A stretch of 64,000 nt of DNA from assembly GCA_002269645.1 (NCBI GenBank), contig NIVC01002522.1:62001-126000 (forward strand), written 5' to 3'. The notes under the pieces were generated by a model. It saw only the letters and a program-made list of their open reading frames with translations. It searched no databases and was not told where the DNA came from. The position numbers and the translations under genes were made by a program. Shown here piece after piece: positions 48,676 to 59,747 of the stretch. Source of the DNA: Macrostomum lignano (taxonomy: Eukaryota). Numbering within the stretch: the stretch's first letter is position 1; the number at the start of each line of letters is the position of its first letter.

Positions 48676-50262
48676 ATGCCGGAACTGACGGGCGCGAACT
48701 CTGCCGGCGGACGGGCCGTCCAGCCAGCGAATGTCATCAGCCAAAGCCGCAGGCAGGCCTGGTACAACTTCGTTGAAACCACCACCGCGCACGGATTCAG
48801 CAAGTTCAATAGCGGCTCCACCCGACGCAAGACCTTCTGGCTGATTGTGCTCATCCTGGCCAACGTCGGTTTCATCGTCCATCTCAGCTTCCTGGTGATG
48901 CGCTTTTCCGATGTGCCCGTCACCTCGTCGAGAAACGAAGCCCCTGAAGATTTCAAGTTTCCCGACGTGACCTTCTGCCCTAGCAGTCCCGTCAGCGATG
49001 TCAAGATGAGAAACATCTACGTGCCTGACCTCGGCAACCGCAGCCTCAGCGAGGTGGCCAGCCTCCTGGAGCCGGTGTGGCAGCAAATCACCTTGAACGC
49101 TACCGACTACATGGACTACCCGCTGCTGACTCTGCATGCTCGCCTGATCAGGGAGTCGGCGATCTACCTGCCTCCCGAGATGGTCATGATGTGCCAGTTC
49201 TTTGGCTACCCGTGCGACCTGCGCAACTTCACCGGCTACGTGGATCCGCGCCGTCTCGGCTGCGCCACCTTCAGCGCCCCTGACAGCCTGCAGCGCGAGT
49301 CGCCGGGCAGCCTGGTCCGCGGCCTCGGTGTAGTCGGCATCTCCCGGACAGACGACTCCACTCTGTCGGCGCGCTACCAATCGCGCAAGATGGCCCTGTT
49401 CCAGGGCATGACGGTCACAGTGCACGAGCGTGGCACCATGCCAAGCTTTGTGGAGAATACATTTAACAGCCACAATTCCGAGTACTTCGTCATGCGCATG
49501 TCTACCGGAGTTTACCAGGCGATGCAGACGCCGAGCAATCCCTGCCAGAAGGAGCGAGGCAGCATCACGGTGGTGACACCGGGGACGCAGGCCACTGCCA
49601 CTTATCTGGAAACAGAGAACGACTGCGAGGAAGCCTGCCTGCAGGACAGCATCCAGGCTGACTGCAACTGTACGAGCGAGCTGCTTCTGATCACCGCCGC
49701 CCAGGCAGCCCGCAACCTGCCCGGCTGCCATAGGGAGGCTGAGCGCTTCATCAATGCCACGCCGAGCGAAGCAGAACTGGCCGGCATGCGGCAGAGGTGG
49801 CGCTGCCACCGGCGCTGGCTGCTGGCCAGCCGCACCAGCCGGCTGCCCTGCCAGTGCACGGCCTACTGCGACCGGGCTCTCATCGAGGGCAGCGTCAGCA
49901 GCTACGACTTCGCCGACGAAACCACCGGACGGGACTTTGCGCTGCTCACCTTCAACCAGAACCTAGCCCCGGCCTACCAGGCGGCTAGGTCGGCGGCGAA
50001 CTTCAGCTCGCTGGTGAACATCAACGACGTGGTGTTTTACTACGACCCGCTGGTAGAGAACCCGCCGCTAGCCCAGACTGTTACGCAGTTCGAGATCCTG
50101 CCCGAGGTGTCCAAGTCAATGAAGGTCACGGAGTCCAAGACCTACAGTGTTGACGCGTTGTGCTCCGACTTTGGCTCCATAATGGGTCTCTGGCTAGGCA
50201 TGTCAGTGCTGACTGTGTGCGAGTTCCTGGAGATGGCCCTGCGTCTGGTCGCCGCTATCTAA
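48676..50262 (+). CDS. DEG/ENaC (ASIC/amiloride-sensitive sodium channel superfamily) subunit, intronless, 528 aa
   Basis: TTAHG re-entrant loop, TM1, FPDVTFC, 14 extracellular cysteines, TM2 SDFGSIMGLWLGMSVLTVCEF. TATAA at 48536-48540. Confidence 0.92.
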   Translation: MPELTGANSAGGRAVQPANVISQSRRQAWYNFVETTTAHGFSKFNSGSTRRKTFWLIVLILANVGFIVHLSFLVMRFSDVPVTSSRNEAPEDFKFPDVTFCPSSPVSDVKMRNIYVPDLGNRSLSEVASLLEPVWQQITLNATDYMDYPLLTLHARLIRESAIYLPPEMVMMCQFFGYPCDLRNFTGYVDPRRLGCATFSAPDSLQRESPGSLVRGLGVVGISRTDDSTLSARYQSRKMALFQGMTVTVHERGTMPSFVENTFNSHNSEYFVMRMSTGVYQAMQTPSNPCQKERGSITVVTPGTQATATYLETENDCEEACLQDSIQADCNCTSELLLITAAQAARNLPGCHREAERFINATPSEAELAGMRQRWRCHRRWLLASRTSRLPCQCTAYCDRALIEGSVSSYDFADETTGRDFALLTFNQNLAPAYQAARSAANFSSLVNINDVVFYYDPLVENPPLAQTVTQFEILPEVSKSMKVTESKTYSVDALCSDFGSIMGLWLGMSVLTVCEFLEMALRLVAAI

Positions 50263-51549
50263 GAAGCTTCGAAGTGTTCACATAAACAGCCGAGTTTGTC
50301 TGCTGGAACTTTCTTTGGAAGCTACGCTCGTTTTCTATAATACTTGTTGGAATTTACTCGTAAGGCCGGCTATTCGCAAATTTACTTCTTCTTATTGGTT
50401 GTACCTAAAAAGTAATTTTATTTGAGATGTTGACTCTTTTTTGCTGTCGAGATTCAACCTTTAGATTTCACAATCTAACGTAGATGAACTATTAGTGAAC
50501 CAGTCATAAAAGTATAATACCTATCCATATAAGCGCATATAATAATTATGATGCTGTGCCATTACCGATGCACTACTCTACTTAATGTCGCACTGCTTCT
50601 TCTAAAGCCACATGTGCTTTTGCTTGGACACGTCTACCTCGTAAATTTACCTGAAAGTACGCGGTCGCTTGTCCCATTAGTAGTACAACTATAATCCGCT
50701 AAACTTTGCGCCTGCAGCTACTCCGCTGATAATTTAACTATATAGTTTTTAGAGCCGGAGTCTCAGCCTCCCCGCCCACTTCACTTCATCAGTCTAACTC
50801 GCATATGCTCGTCTTATTACATCGGAGGCTTTGACCTAAATAATTGATGAGCTCAGTTAAACTTTTCAGCTGCTCTCCGCAGGCAGTCGCTACCGCTTGT
50901 CAATCTTGCCTGGCTTTTCCTTATTGGTGCTTGATTTCCTATAGCTGGGAAGCGCATCGAGCTTGGCTAAAACTGATGATAGCTAACCAAAGTACATCGT
51001 AGCTTAATGGCTTCTTCACGACTTGTCGATCGCGAGACCCAAGGGTTACAAGAATAGCAGCAGAGCTGCCAATTGCTTCGCGGAGTATTGATCGATTAAC
51101 TGTGCAAGCGAGCTGGAGCCGCTGAGTTAGCGGCTCACCATAAAAAAAGGGTTTGAAGTTTGAACGGGAAATTGCGATTGACGCGAGGCAGAATATTGAG
51201 GGTAAGTCGACTTGCAAGCCAATTAACAAAACTGACTTTAGACCTGTTGGGAAAAGTGGTAATGGGGCCAATTAACTTTCTCCAGTTTAAGATTAAGGCG
51301 TACAAGGACTTGCTACAGTTTCTTGCAGCCTGGAATCAAGTCGACAAAGAGCCCCAGATTATTTAACGAGACTCTTCAGTTTATTTTATACCAGACATGG
51401 GGAGAATGAAGTGAGCAGTGCCGTAAAGTGTATAAGCCACAGATACAAGAATAACAAAATACGAGCTATGTCACTTACAAAATGCAAAATCGCGTTTCTG
51501 TCCTTATAGGAGCTATTGACCTTGTGTCTGACTTCGATCCTCTCTCCTT

Positions 51550-51760
51550 ACTGCTGCTCTCTCATTGGCTGACCTACGAGGTACATTGGGCCTGCCCCCC
51601 CCCCAGGCTGAGTTTCGTCCGTCTGACTTTGCCCTCTACCCTTACTGCTCTCTCATTGGCTGACCAACATTGGGCCTGCCCCCCTAGGCTGAGTTTCGTC
51701 CGTCTGATTTTGCCCTCTATCCTTACTGCTCTCTCATTGGCTGACCTAAATTGGGTCTGG
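51550..51760. repeat. Imperfect tandem duplication of a ~85-bp unit
   Basis: CATTGGGCCTGCCCCCC...GGCTGAGTTTCGTCCGTCTG...CTTACTGCTCTCTCATTGGCTGACC twice plus a partial copy. Confidence 0.85.
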
Positions 51761-52909
51761 TTTTGTCTGTCTTGCATATACGAGTATACTCGTACTTCAG
51801 TATTTGTGTACATCGAGTTGTTCTCGATGCTTATTGTTCATTCCTAAACCCATATGCTCCCGAGGCCGCAAACCCGGAAGGAAAGGAATTTTTTTAGCTG
51901 TCACATTAAATTTAAGTGACACTGCACAGCGAAACTACAAGTAGACGCTACACTTTTTAGACAACTTTGAAAGACATATCTAGTTATTCTACCACGAAGT
52001 AGTATCTGTGAGTACACAGATCTGTCTGTATAACAATTAAGGGTAATTCTAAAGCTGAGAAATTTCCTACATGCGGTATTGGAAAGCAGACAAAAGTTGC
52101 ATTTTTGTGTGCGACCTAACATTGTGATGCGGGAATGTGATCCTAAATTTACAACTTAAAGTAAAACATTTTGAAAGGGCAAGGGCCAATTAATCACATT
52201 GGAGGATTGTGGGTAGACATAACCATGGACACTCCAGCCATTCGACCACAGCTAGGTTAAAAGCAAAAAACTCAGACAAGAAGGCATGATTAAAATGTAT
52301 TTTACTACACTCGGGCAGTGAAATCTGAGTGAAACTTTACGAGTGCAAATTTAACGACCTTCACAACCGGGGTCGTTGTGATGCACATTTATTGTTGCAT
52401 AATTCTAGTATGAATATACATACCTGTGCTAATAATAAATAATAGTACGTATAAAATATGCACAGTACACATTAGTCAATATAACTGTCTGTATTCGGTA
52501 CTAGAAGCTAAGCGTCAGTGTCAGTAGTAATTATTGAAATTTGCTAAAGCTTTTTCAAAAAGACAAATGGTTAAATTGTATTTTCGATGCAAAGGCCTAC
52601 AATGGATTCAGAGTGGGTGGTTAGCACCAGCTAAAATTGAAAAAAATCGACAAACAGGTCAATGCATTCTAACAAGAAAATGTAATTTCTAAATGTTGGT
52701 AAGCAGTGAGCTGGAAGCTTGCAAAAATACAGTAAATTAGCTTGAAAACATGTAAAAACGGTATAAATTTTTGCAGAGAAGGCACTTCAACAAAATTTTC
52801 TAAACTTTCTAACAAGTATTTATCTGATACGTTGTCAGCTTCTTAGCCATATGAGTGACAACAATTATCAAATAATTTTCTTTTATCACAGAAAAACAGG
52901 ACGTGTGTG

Positions 52910-53182
52910 TCTGAGATAGCTGAATCTCACCTATGAGATAGCTGAATCTCACCTATGAGATAGCTGAATCTCAAATATGGGACAGCTTAATCTCACCTAT
53001 GAGATAGCTGAATCTCACCTATGAGATAGCTGAATCTCACCTATGAGATAGCTGAATCTCAAATATGGGATAGCTGAATCTCACTTATGAGATAGCTGAA
53101 TCTCACCTATGAGATAGCTGAATCTCAAATATGGGATAGCTGAATCTCACTTATGAGATAGCTGAATCTCACCTATGAGATA
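52910..53182. repeat. 22-bp minisatellite (GAGATAGCTGAATCTCACCTAT)n
   Basis: Visible. Confidence 0.93.
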
Positions 53183-53637
53183 CATTAAAATCTAGATTTT
53201 TATACTCAGTTTGAAGTAAAAAATAAAACAACAACAGGGATATGTGAGCCAGATAAAAAGATGCATATGTACATAATTAATTGAATATTGATTACTAACT
53301 TAAAAATTACTCTGATTTCCTAAAACCGTATCAGTGTAAAATTAGCAAAACTAATTTGCTAGATACTCCTTTAATGAAAATAGATCCGAAACACCAAAAA
53401 ATTCTTTACACTGCTGTTCGAACGGCAAAAAAAACTTTGCGGGGAAACAAAAAGAGAAGGCACAAATAGAGCAATTGATACTACTTGTTTAGTAGCAACA
53501 TGCAAAAGTTCACAGCTATAAGGACACAAATACAGACAGCAGATGGCACAGCACAGGACTAACAAAAGCAAAAGTCAAAATAAAAGAAGTTAGAAATGAT
53601 AAGAAACAGCACAGGCCCGCTGCAATGGTAGCACTGA

Positions 53638-54419
53638 CTATAAAGCTTGCAGCCTCCGCAGCAATTCATCTATGAAGCGGCGCACCTGCGACTGGGGCGC
53701 CTTGGCCAACTGCAGTTTTTCCTGGAAACGAGGAAGACATTAAAAAAATGCAAAGTAACAATTCGCAGTTTTAAAACAAGCGCAAATTTTTCTACTTTGC
53801 AAACGCGTTTAATCTACTAACAGTAGCTGATAAGTATATTTTATCTAAGCAAGCGACCTACACGAAGACACGCGTCCCGTTCCTGGTCTGTGTCAAGGTC
53901 GAGCAGCTCGTCCAAATCGATGTCGCAGTCGTGATCATCTTCATCGTTCTGCGGGGAAACATCAACCACTGTAGTTCATTACTTATTACTTTAATTAGTT
54001 AACACTATGGGTTGAGACCTTGTCGAGATTAGAGTAAAAACAATACATCAGAAGATCTAGAACTTTGCAAGTCCCAAGGCACAATAATTCACATCAGCAA
54101 CAATGCCCACAGCTAGAAGTTAAATTAAATTATTATGGCAGTACCAATCACATAGTATTGCTAGAAAATATCTCTGCTAAATTAACAACCGTATGCCAAA
54201 ACACAGTATGAGGATTATGAGCTTATTAAGACAAATAGTTATAAAATTAACTCTACTTACCTGACAATTGAATAAAACCCGCAACTCATCATATACAAAG
54301 TCTTCAACTGCTAATCGTTGCTTTATAAGTGACATTGTCTGCTTGTCATATTTGGCAGTCAGAAATTTTGACTTTTTGTCTTGATAGGCATTCGATTTCT
54401 TGAAATTCACCGATGACAT
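53638..54419 (-). CDS. PPP1R14: PP1 inhibitor of the CPI-17/PHI-1 (PPP1R14) family, 109 aa, three coding exons
   Basis: Exons 54419-54261 (..KFLTAKYDKQTMSLIKQRLAVEDFVYDELRVLFNCQ), 53948-53862 (NDEDDHDCDIDLDELLDLDTDQERDACLR), 53721-53638 (EKLQ..RFIDELLRRLQAL*). All GT-AG, phase 0. Matches the family motifs TVKYD, IDxDELLD and FIxxLL. Confidence 0.9.
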
Positions 54420-55921
54420 TCTTCAGCTTGATGCTAAAGTGCATGCATTAAATGAAATAAATTGACAATAAATATATGCTCAAAGTGGCTTTAATTATGC
54501 CTTTAATTTTCACATTTAAAGAAGGAAAACATAGTCATATGGACAAAAAATCTAACAAGTCAAAATATAAATTTATGAGTGGCATTTTCAAATTGAAAAA
54601 TTAGAGTTCCACTGTAGCTACAGATATAGCTATAGAATTATGGATATGGAGGTATTTAAACAGAATATACAGACATATATATGGTTATAAGAACACATAT
54701 TTTCTATATCTAGGCTACTCAATAACTTGGAAGACTTGAGACTTGAAATACCAAGGAACCATTGATTTGATGGCTATGGGTAGAGCAATAGAATTTTCTT
54801 AGAAATGAATGACTGCTACCAATTTCAAAGCTTTTGTGAAACAAGCTTTTTAAGTCTCTAGGGTTGGTAACTCAAGCAATAGAGATTTTTTATGCCATAT
54901 GCATGTTGAAGTTGGGATAGTGGGGGCTTAAGTTCAGATTAATTTTCTACTTCAAATGGTACAGGAGCTCTTAAGTCCTTGGGATTGATCTGCATAGTCA
55001 AGCAGCAGAGTTTTTGATGCCACTGACAAAGAGAGGAGAGAAGGAGAGAGGTGAAAGATAAGAAGGAGAGAAAAGAGGGGAAAGCAGAGAGAAAAGGAGA
55101 AAGGAAAAAGAAAAAGAATAAAGAGAAAAGAGAAAAGCAAAGGAGAGGAAAAAAATAAGTTCCACCATATAGCTATGGATATAGATATAAGGAGTTTTGG
55201 ACACATTGATTTTGGCCTCCAAGTTACAGATATGGATATGCTTATAAGAACAGGAATTTCCCTGATTTTTCCCATATTCTATAGAACCTAATTTTTAGGT
55301 TCTATAGAACTATTGGTGCATATAAAGATCTTTATTGTTTCCAATTACATGTTACAGTAAGGGGAATCAGAGTTTAACAAATGTTGACAAGCTATTGATA
55401 CTTGGACACTCTGAAAGATAGTCTCTTAGTATAAGAAACTAAAAGATCTCTAATAATCTTGCATAGCACAATAGTAAATGCAACAACTTATCTGCAAGTA
55501 AATAGAAATAGTTTTGGGCCAAGTTGCAGAGTGCCCTACAGGATTTTTTGCAATTATAGATATAGATATAGACATAGATAAGGCTACAGGAACTTTTTTA
55601 TATAGATTTGGATACAGATATAGGAAATTTTTAGATGTGGCAGAAATCTAAAAAGAAAAAAAGAGATGAGAAAAAAAGAAAAAATGCAATTTAGTTATTA
55701 TTTAATAGGCATTGAGTGACCAGAAGTCTGAATGCCCTATCTATTTCTCCACAAGTGTTGCTAGTTAATTGCAATTTGAAACTATAGCAAGAAAATTGTA
55801 GGAGGTAAAATAAAATAACTAGCTATGGATATATAGATAATATATTAAGATGATAAATAGCTAAAAAATAAGACAACCTAGGGCCTAGACTAAGTAGGTA
55901 TGATTGTATAAGGCATATTAT

Positions 55922-56321
55922 TAGAGGTTGGATAGGATCCTGGTCCCAAAATCCTGGGATCCCGAGGAAAATTGTATTCCTGCAGGACGAGGATCCTGAC
56001 CTTAAAAAACATAAGAATTGGGAACAGGTCTTTTGATCAAAAGTTTATAGAATTAGTGATTACTTAAATATATTTTGTTTTAACTTGTATTCATTAATTA
56101 TTACTTTGTTTGTTGCAAGACTTTGCATCAATTTTGTTGTGTTTTGATCTTGATCTTTTGATCTTGACATTTTTTGCTAAATTTTGTTTAACTTTATATG
56201 GACCTACAAACTACAATACACTAAAAGACCTGATCCCAATTCCCAATCTTGATCCTGATCCCAAGAAAAAAATATTCCCAATCCCAATCCTGCCGAAGAT
56301 GTTAATCCCATCCGACCTCTA
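55922..56321. mobile_element. hAT-like MITE (400 bp)
   Basis: TIR TAGAGGTTGGAT...ATCCGACCTCTA; exact 8-bp TSD CATATTAT (55914-55921, 56322-56329). Confidence 0.85.
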
Positions 56322-56489
56322 CATATTATCTATATTAACTTTTATATTAGAAATATTCTTTAACTCCCAATTATAACTAAGGCAAATAGTAAAATTTTAA
56401 AGCTTTTAAAATATTCTAGACAAGATATAAATATTCCTCCAAAAATCTATTTCTTGCTTTCTGTCTTATTAACTTGATTTTATTAAAAA

Positions 56490-57201
56490 GGAAGTGTTTA
56501 TCCTCACAGTCCTATGCCAATAATTCCAATTTTATTGACATGGATCCATGTCGATAATTTCCAGCTTATCCCCACAACAGCTTATTGAAATAGCCACTAT
56601 TCAAGTCTATAGGATATGTCAATAATTTGTATTTTATCCACATGGATCCATGTTGATAATTTCCAGCTTATCCCTAGGGCAGCTTATTGAAATAGAGAAT
56701 CTTAAAATGAATCTGTTCAAAAACCGTCTATTTCTTTCACTGTTTTACAAATCTTCCATATAAACTACTGAATACTAAATAGTATCTAGTACTTTGTTAA
56801 AACTTTTTCATCCTTAAAAGGGTTAATTTAATATTTGCTTAGCTGCTGGCTTCACTTAGAATGACCGAACAACCCTAATATTGAGGCAAATAAGACTAGC
56901 AAAATTCAAAGTGTAATATATTTGAATTTGAATAATAATAATAATAATAATAATATCAATTTAACATCAGTACACAAAACTAAACACAAACAACTGCACA
57001 ATCTTAGCCATGGGGATAAGCTGAAAATTATTGACACGGATCCATATGAATAAAATTGGAATTATTGACATAGCCTATAGACTTAAATGTTAGCAGCTAT
57101 TTCAATAAGCTGCCATGGGGATAAGCTGGAAATTATTTGACACAGATCCATGTAGATAAAATTGGAATTATCGGCATGGGACCATGAGGATAAGCACTTC
57201 C
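56490..57201. mobile_element. Mutator-like foldback MITE, family M1 copy 1 (712 bp)
   Basis: ~200-bp TIRs starting GGAAGTG, each made of two ~105-bp subunits; exact 9-bp TSD TATTAAAAA (56481-56489, 57202-57210). Confidence 0.85.
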
Positions 57202-57519
57202 TATTAAAAATGCATTGTCACTATTTTAAACCTGAAAAGTTTAAAGCATTAAAAAGAACAACAGTTACAAAAATTACAAATACAATGATGGTCTGCTAAA
57301 TTAAATTAGTGATTGTATTAAATTTGCTAACACTTGGGTATATTATGCATTTGTTACTAGCACAGGATTTGTTCAAGTTTAGGTTGATAAATTATTTGCA
57401 GTTTTGATAGAATCCTAAATTCGTCTTAAATTATGTAATTAGGAGGCTTAATAAGAGGCTTAAAGCATTTCTAAAAAGTAACCTTCACGACACTACCAAA
57501 ATAATAGTCTAGATATATC

Positions 57520-57711
57520 CAGGGGCGTAGCCAGGAATTTCCTACAGGGGGGATACACCAAGGTGAATTTTCTACGGGGGGGATACACTAAGGTAAAAGT
57601 GCTATGAAAGAGTCACATGGTAGCATATAGCAACAAGGGCAACAAAAAGTTTTGGTCAGGCTCTTCGGGGGGATACATCCCCCCCCCTATCCCCCCTCCC
57701 CTACGCCCCTG
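57520..57711. mobile_element. hAT-like MITE (192 bp)
   Basis: TIR CAGGGGCGTAG...CTACGCCCCTG; exact 8-bp TSD GATATATC. Confidence 0.9.
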
Positions 57712-58193
57712 GATATATCAATTTTACTCGAGTTTATGCATTACCCAGTACCCTGGCAGTATTCAAAATTCAAAGTTGATAAGCTTTGATCATGTCGTTG
57801 ATAAAGAGATAGGCCTAGTTGTTTGTTGCACTGCGTACGTACGTCAGGAGTCCATGATCATGTCATAATAAATTAATAAAATATATATTTTTATGCAGTA
57901 AATTTAAAGGGTGCGTTCGAGTAGCTTAAATGGCTTAAAATAACTTATTATATGAGCATTAATTAGCTTACAGCAATATAGCTTTAAAAAGCTGAAAAAA
58001 AACTGAATTTAAATCTCGCAGAGCAAACTTAAGGATCTGTTAAAAAAATGTTTACATAAAGGCAATAATAATTGACTTAGTACTTTTTTAATCCTAGAAA
58101 GAGCTTTTTAGTAAAATTATTATATTTTTTTTTCTTAGCAAAGAATATTTTGTTTTACTTTCTTAAACACAAAGTTCACCGTTTTTTAAACCG

Positions 58194-58460
58194 GGGCCTT
58201 TTCATATTGCTTGTTCTGGTTCCAGAACCAGAACCAATTTGTGAAGTATAACTTTTTGTCTCCATAACTAGATGGAGATACGTGCTATAAAGTTTTTATT
58301 ATTGAATGACAATCGCCAAGATCGAAGAAAGTGAAAAATTGTGCAAAGTGGGGCTGTTAAGGCAATCAAACATTCAACAGAATTAAATAGTTATACTGCT
58401 GTTTTTCTTGGAAGATCCGAACCGATTCTGATTCTGGAATCGGTAATATGAAAGCCTCCC
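58194..58460. mobile_element. Harbinger-like MITE, older copy, inverted relative to 59095-59355
   Basis: Starts GGGCCTTTTCATATT; internal sequence is the reverse complement of 59095-59355; right end degenerate. Confidence 0.7.
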
Positions 58461-58836
58461 TGTTAAAAGGTTTTTTAAACTTGAAGTTCTTTTATTAATT
58501 ATTTAAAGGCCGACTACTTATTGTTATTTATAATGTTTAACTTTAAGCCTCCATTGCATTGGATATGGCCTAGATTATGAATATCAAAGCTCCTTTCGTC
58601 CGTACATACATCGTGGTTGTCTACATCTGTAGTCTGTTCTGTAGTATGTAGCTAGGCCTATAGCTTTAGCCAGTTAGCCTTTAGGTAGCAGGTAGGTACA
58701 GTCATAGGAGTAGGGCCTATTACTATTAGTAGGGGCCTACAATAGCTGTTGCATTTAGCTTTAAGGTCTTATTTATTAAATATTATTGTTATTCCATGGT
58801 ATAGTGTAGACCTAGTACATGATATTATGGCATGTG

Positions 58837-59747
58837 TAGGGATTCCAAAATCCCGACATTTTACAATCCTGGGATTGAATAGTCCCGAAATCCCGATGCT
58901 GTTGAAATCCCGGGATTCAAAATCCCGGAATCCCGGTGCTTTTGCAATCCCGGGATTAAAAATCCCGGGATTCGATTCCCAAAAAAATCCCGGGATTCAA
59001 ATCCCGGATTTTTGGCCCCAATCCCTAAATTGCTAGACGGACTGTGCGGCGTGCCGCGTGCAGTAGTCATGGTCTCGCGACTCTCAGAGTCTCAGGGCCT
59101 TTTCATATTACCAATTCCAGAACCAGAATCGGTTCAGAATTCGAAGAAAAACAGCAGTATAACTATTAAACTCTGTTAATATTTGACTGCCTTAACAGCC
59201 TCACTTAGCACAATTTTTCACTTTCTTCTTGGCGACTGTCATTCAATAATAAAAACTTTATAGCACGTATCTCCCTCTAGTTATTGAGACAAAAAGTTTA
59301 TACTTCACAAATTGGTTCTTGTTCTGGAACCAGAGCAAGCAATATGAAAAGGCCCTCAGTCTCGTCTCGTGGTAGAAAACGAAAAAAAAGTTAAAATTAT
59401 CTATAATTTACAGTTCACATTAACAATTTTTAGCTCAATTAGGACAGGAGCTTTGCAAATGTTTAACGTTTCATTGAGAAACAGCAAAAACAAATAAATG
59501 TTTTATTATTCAAATAAACGTTTAGACTTTAAATTATCTAATTTAGGCATTGAAAGGTCGTTCTAATCCTGGACCAATCCCGGGATTAAGGCCTTGAAAT
59601 CCCGGGATCCCGATCCTGGTCTTTTGCAATCCCGGGATTAAAAATCCCGGGATTCGATTCCCAAAAAAATCCCGGGATTCAAATCCCAGATTTTTGGCCC
59701 CAATCCCGGGATCCCGGGATCCCGGGATCCCGGGATTGGAATCCCTA
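58837..59747. mobile_element. hAT-like element with AATCCCGGGATT palindromic subterminal repeats
   Basis: TIR TAGGGATTCC...GGAATCCCTA; exact 8-bp TSD GGCATGTG (58829-58836, 59748-59755). Confidence 0.88.
59095..59355. mobile_element. PIF/Harbinger-like MITE (261 bp) nested in the hAT element
   Basis: Perfect 15-bp TIR GGGCCTTTTCATATT; 3-bp TSD TCA. Confidence 0.8.
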
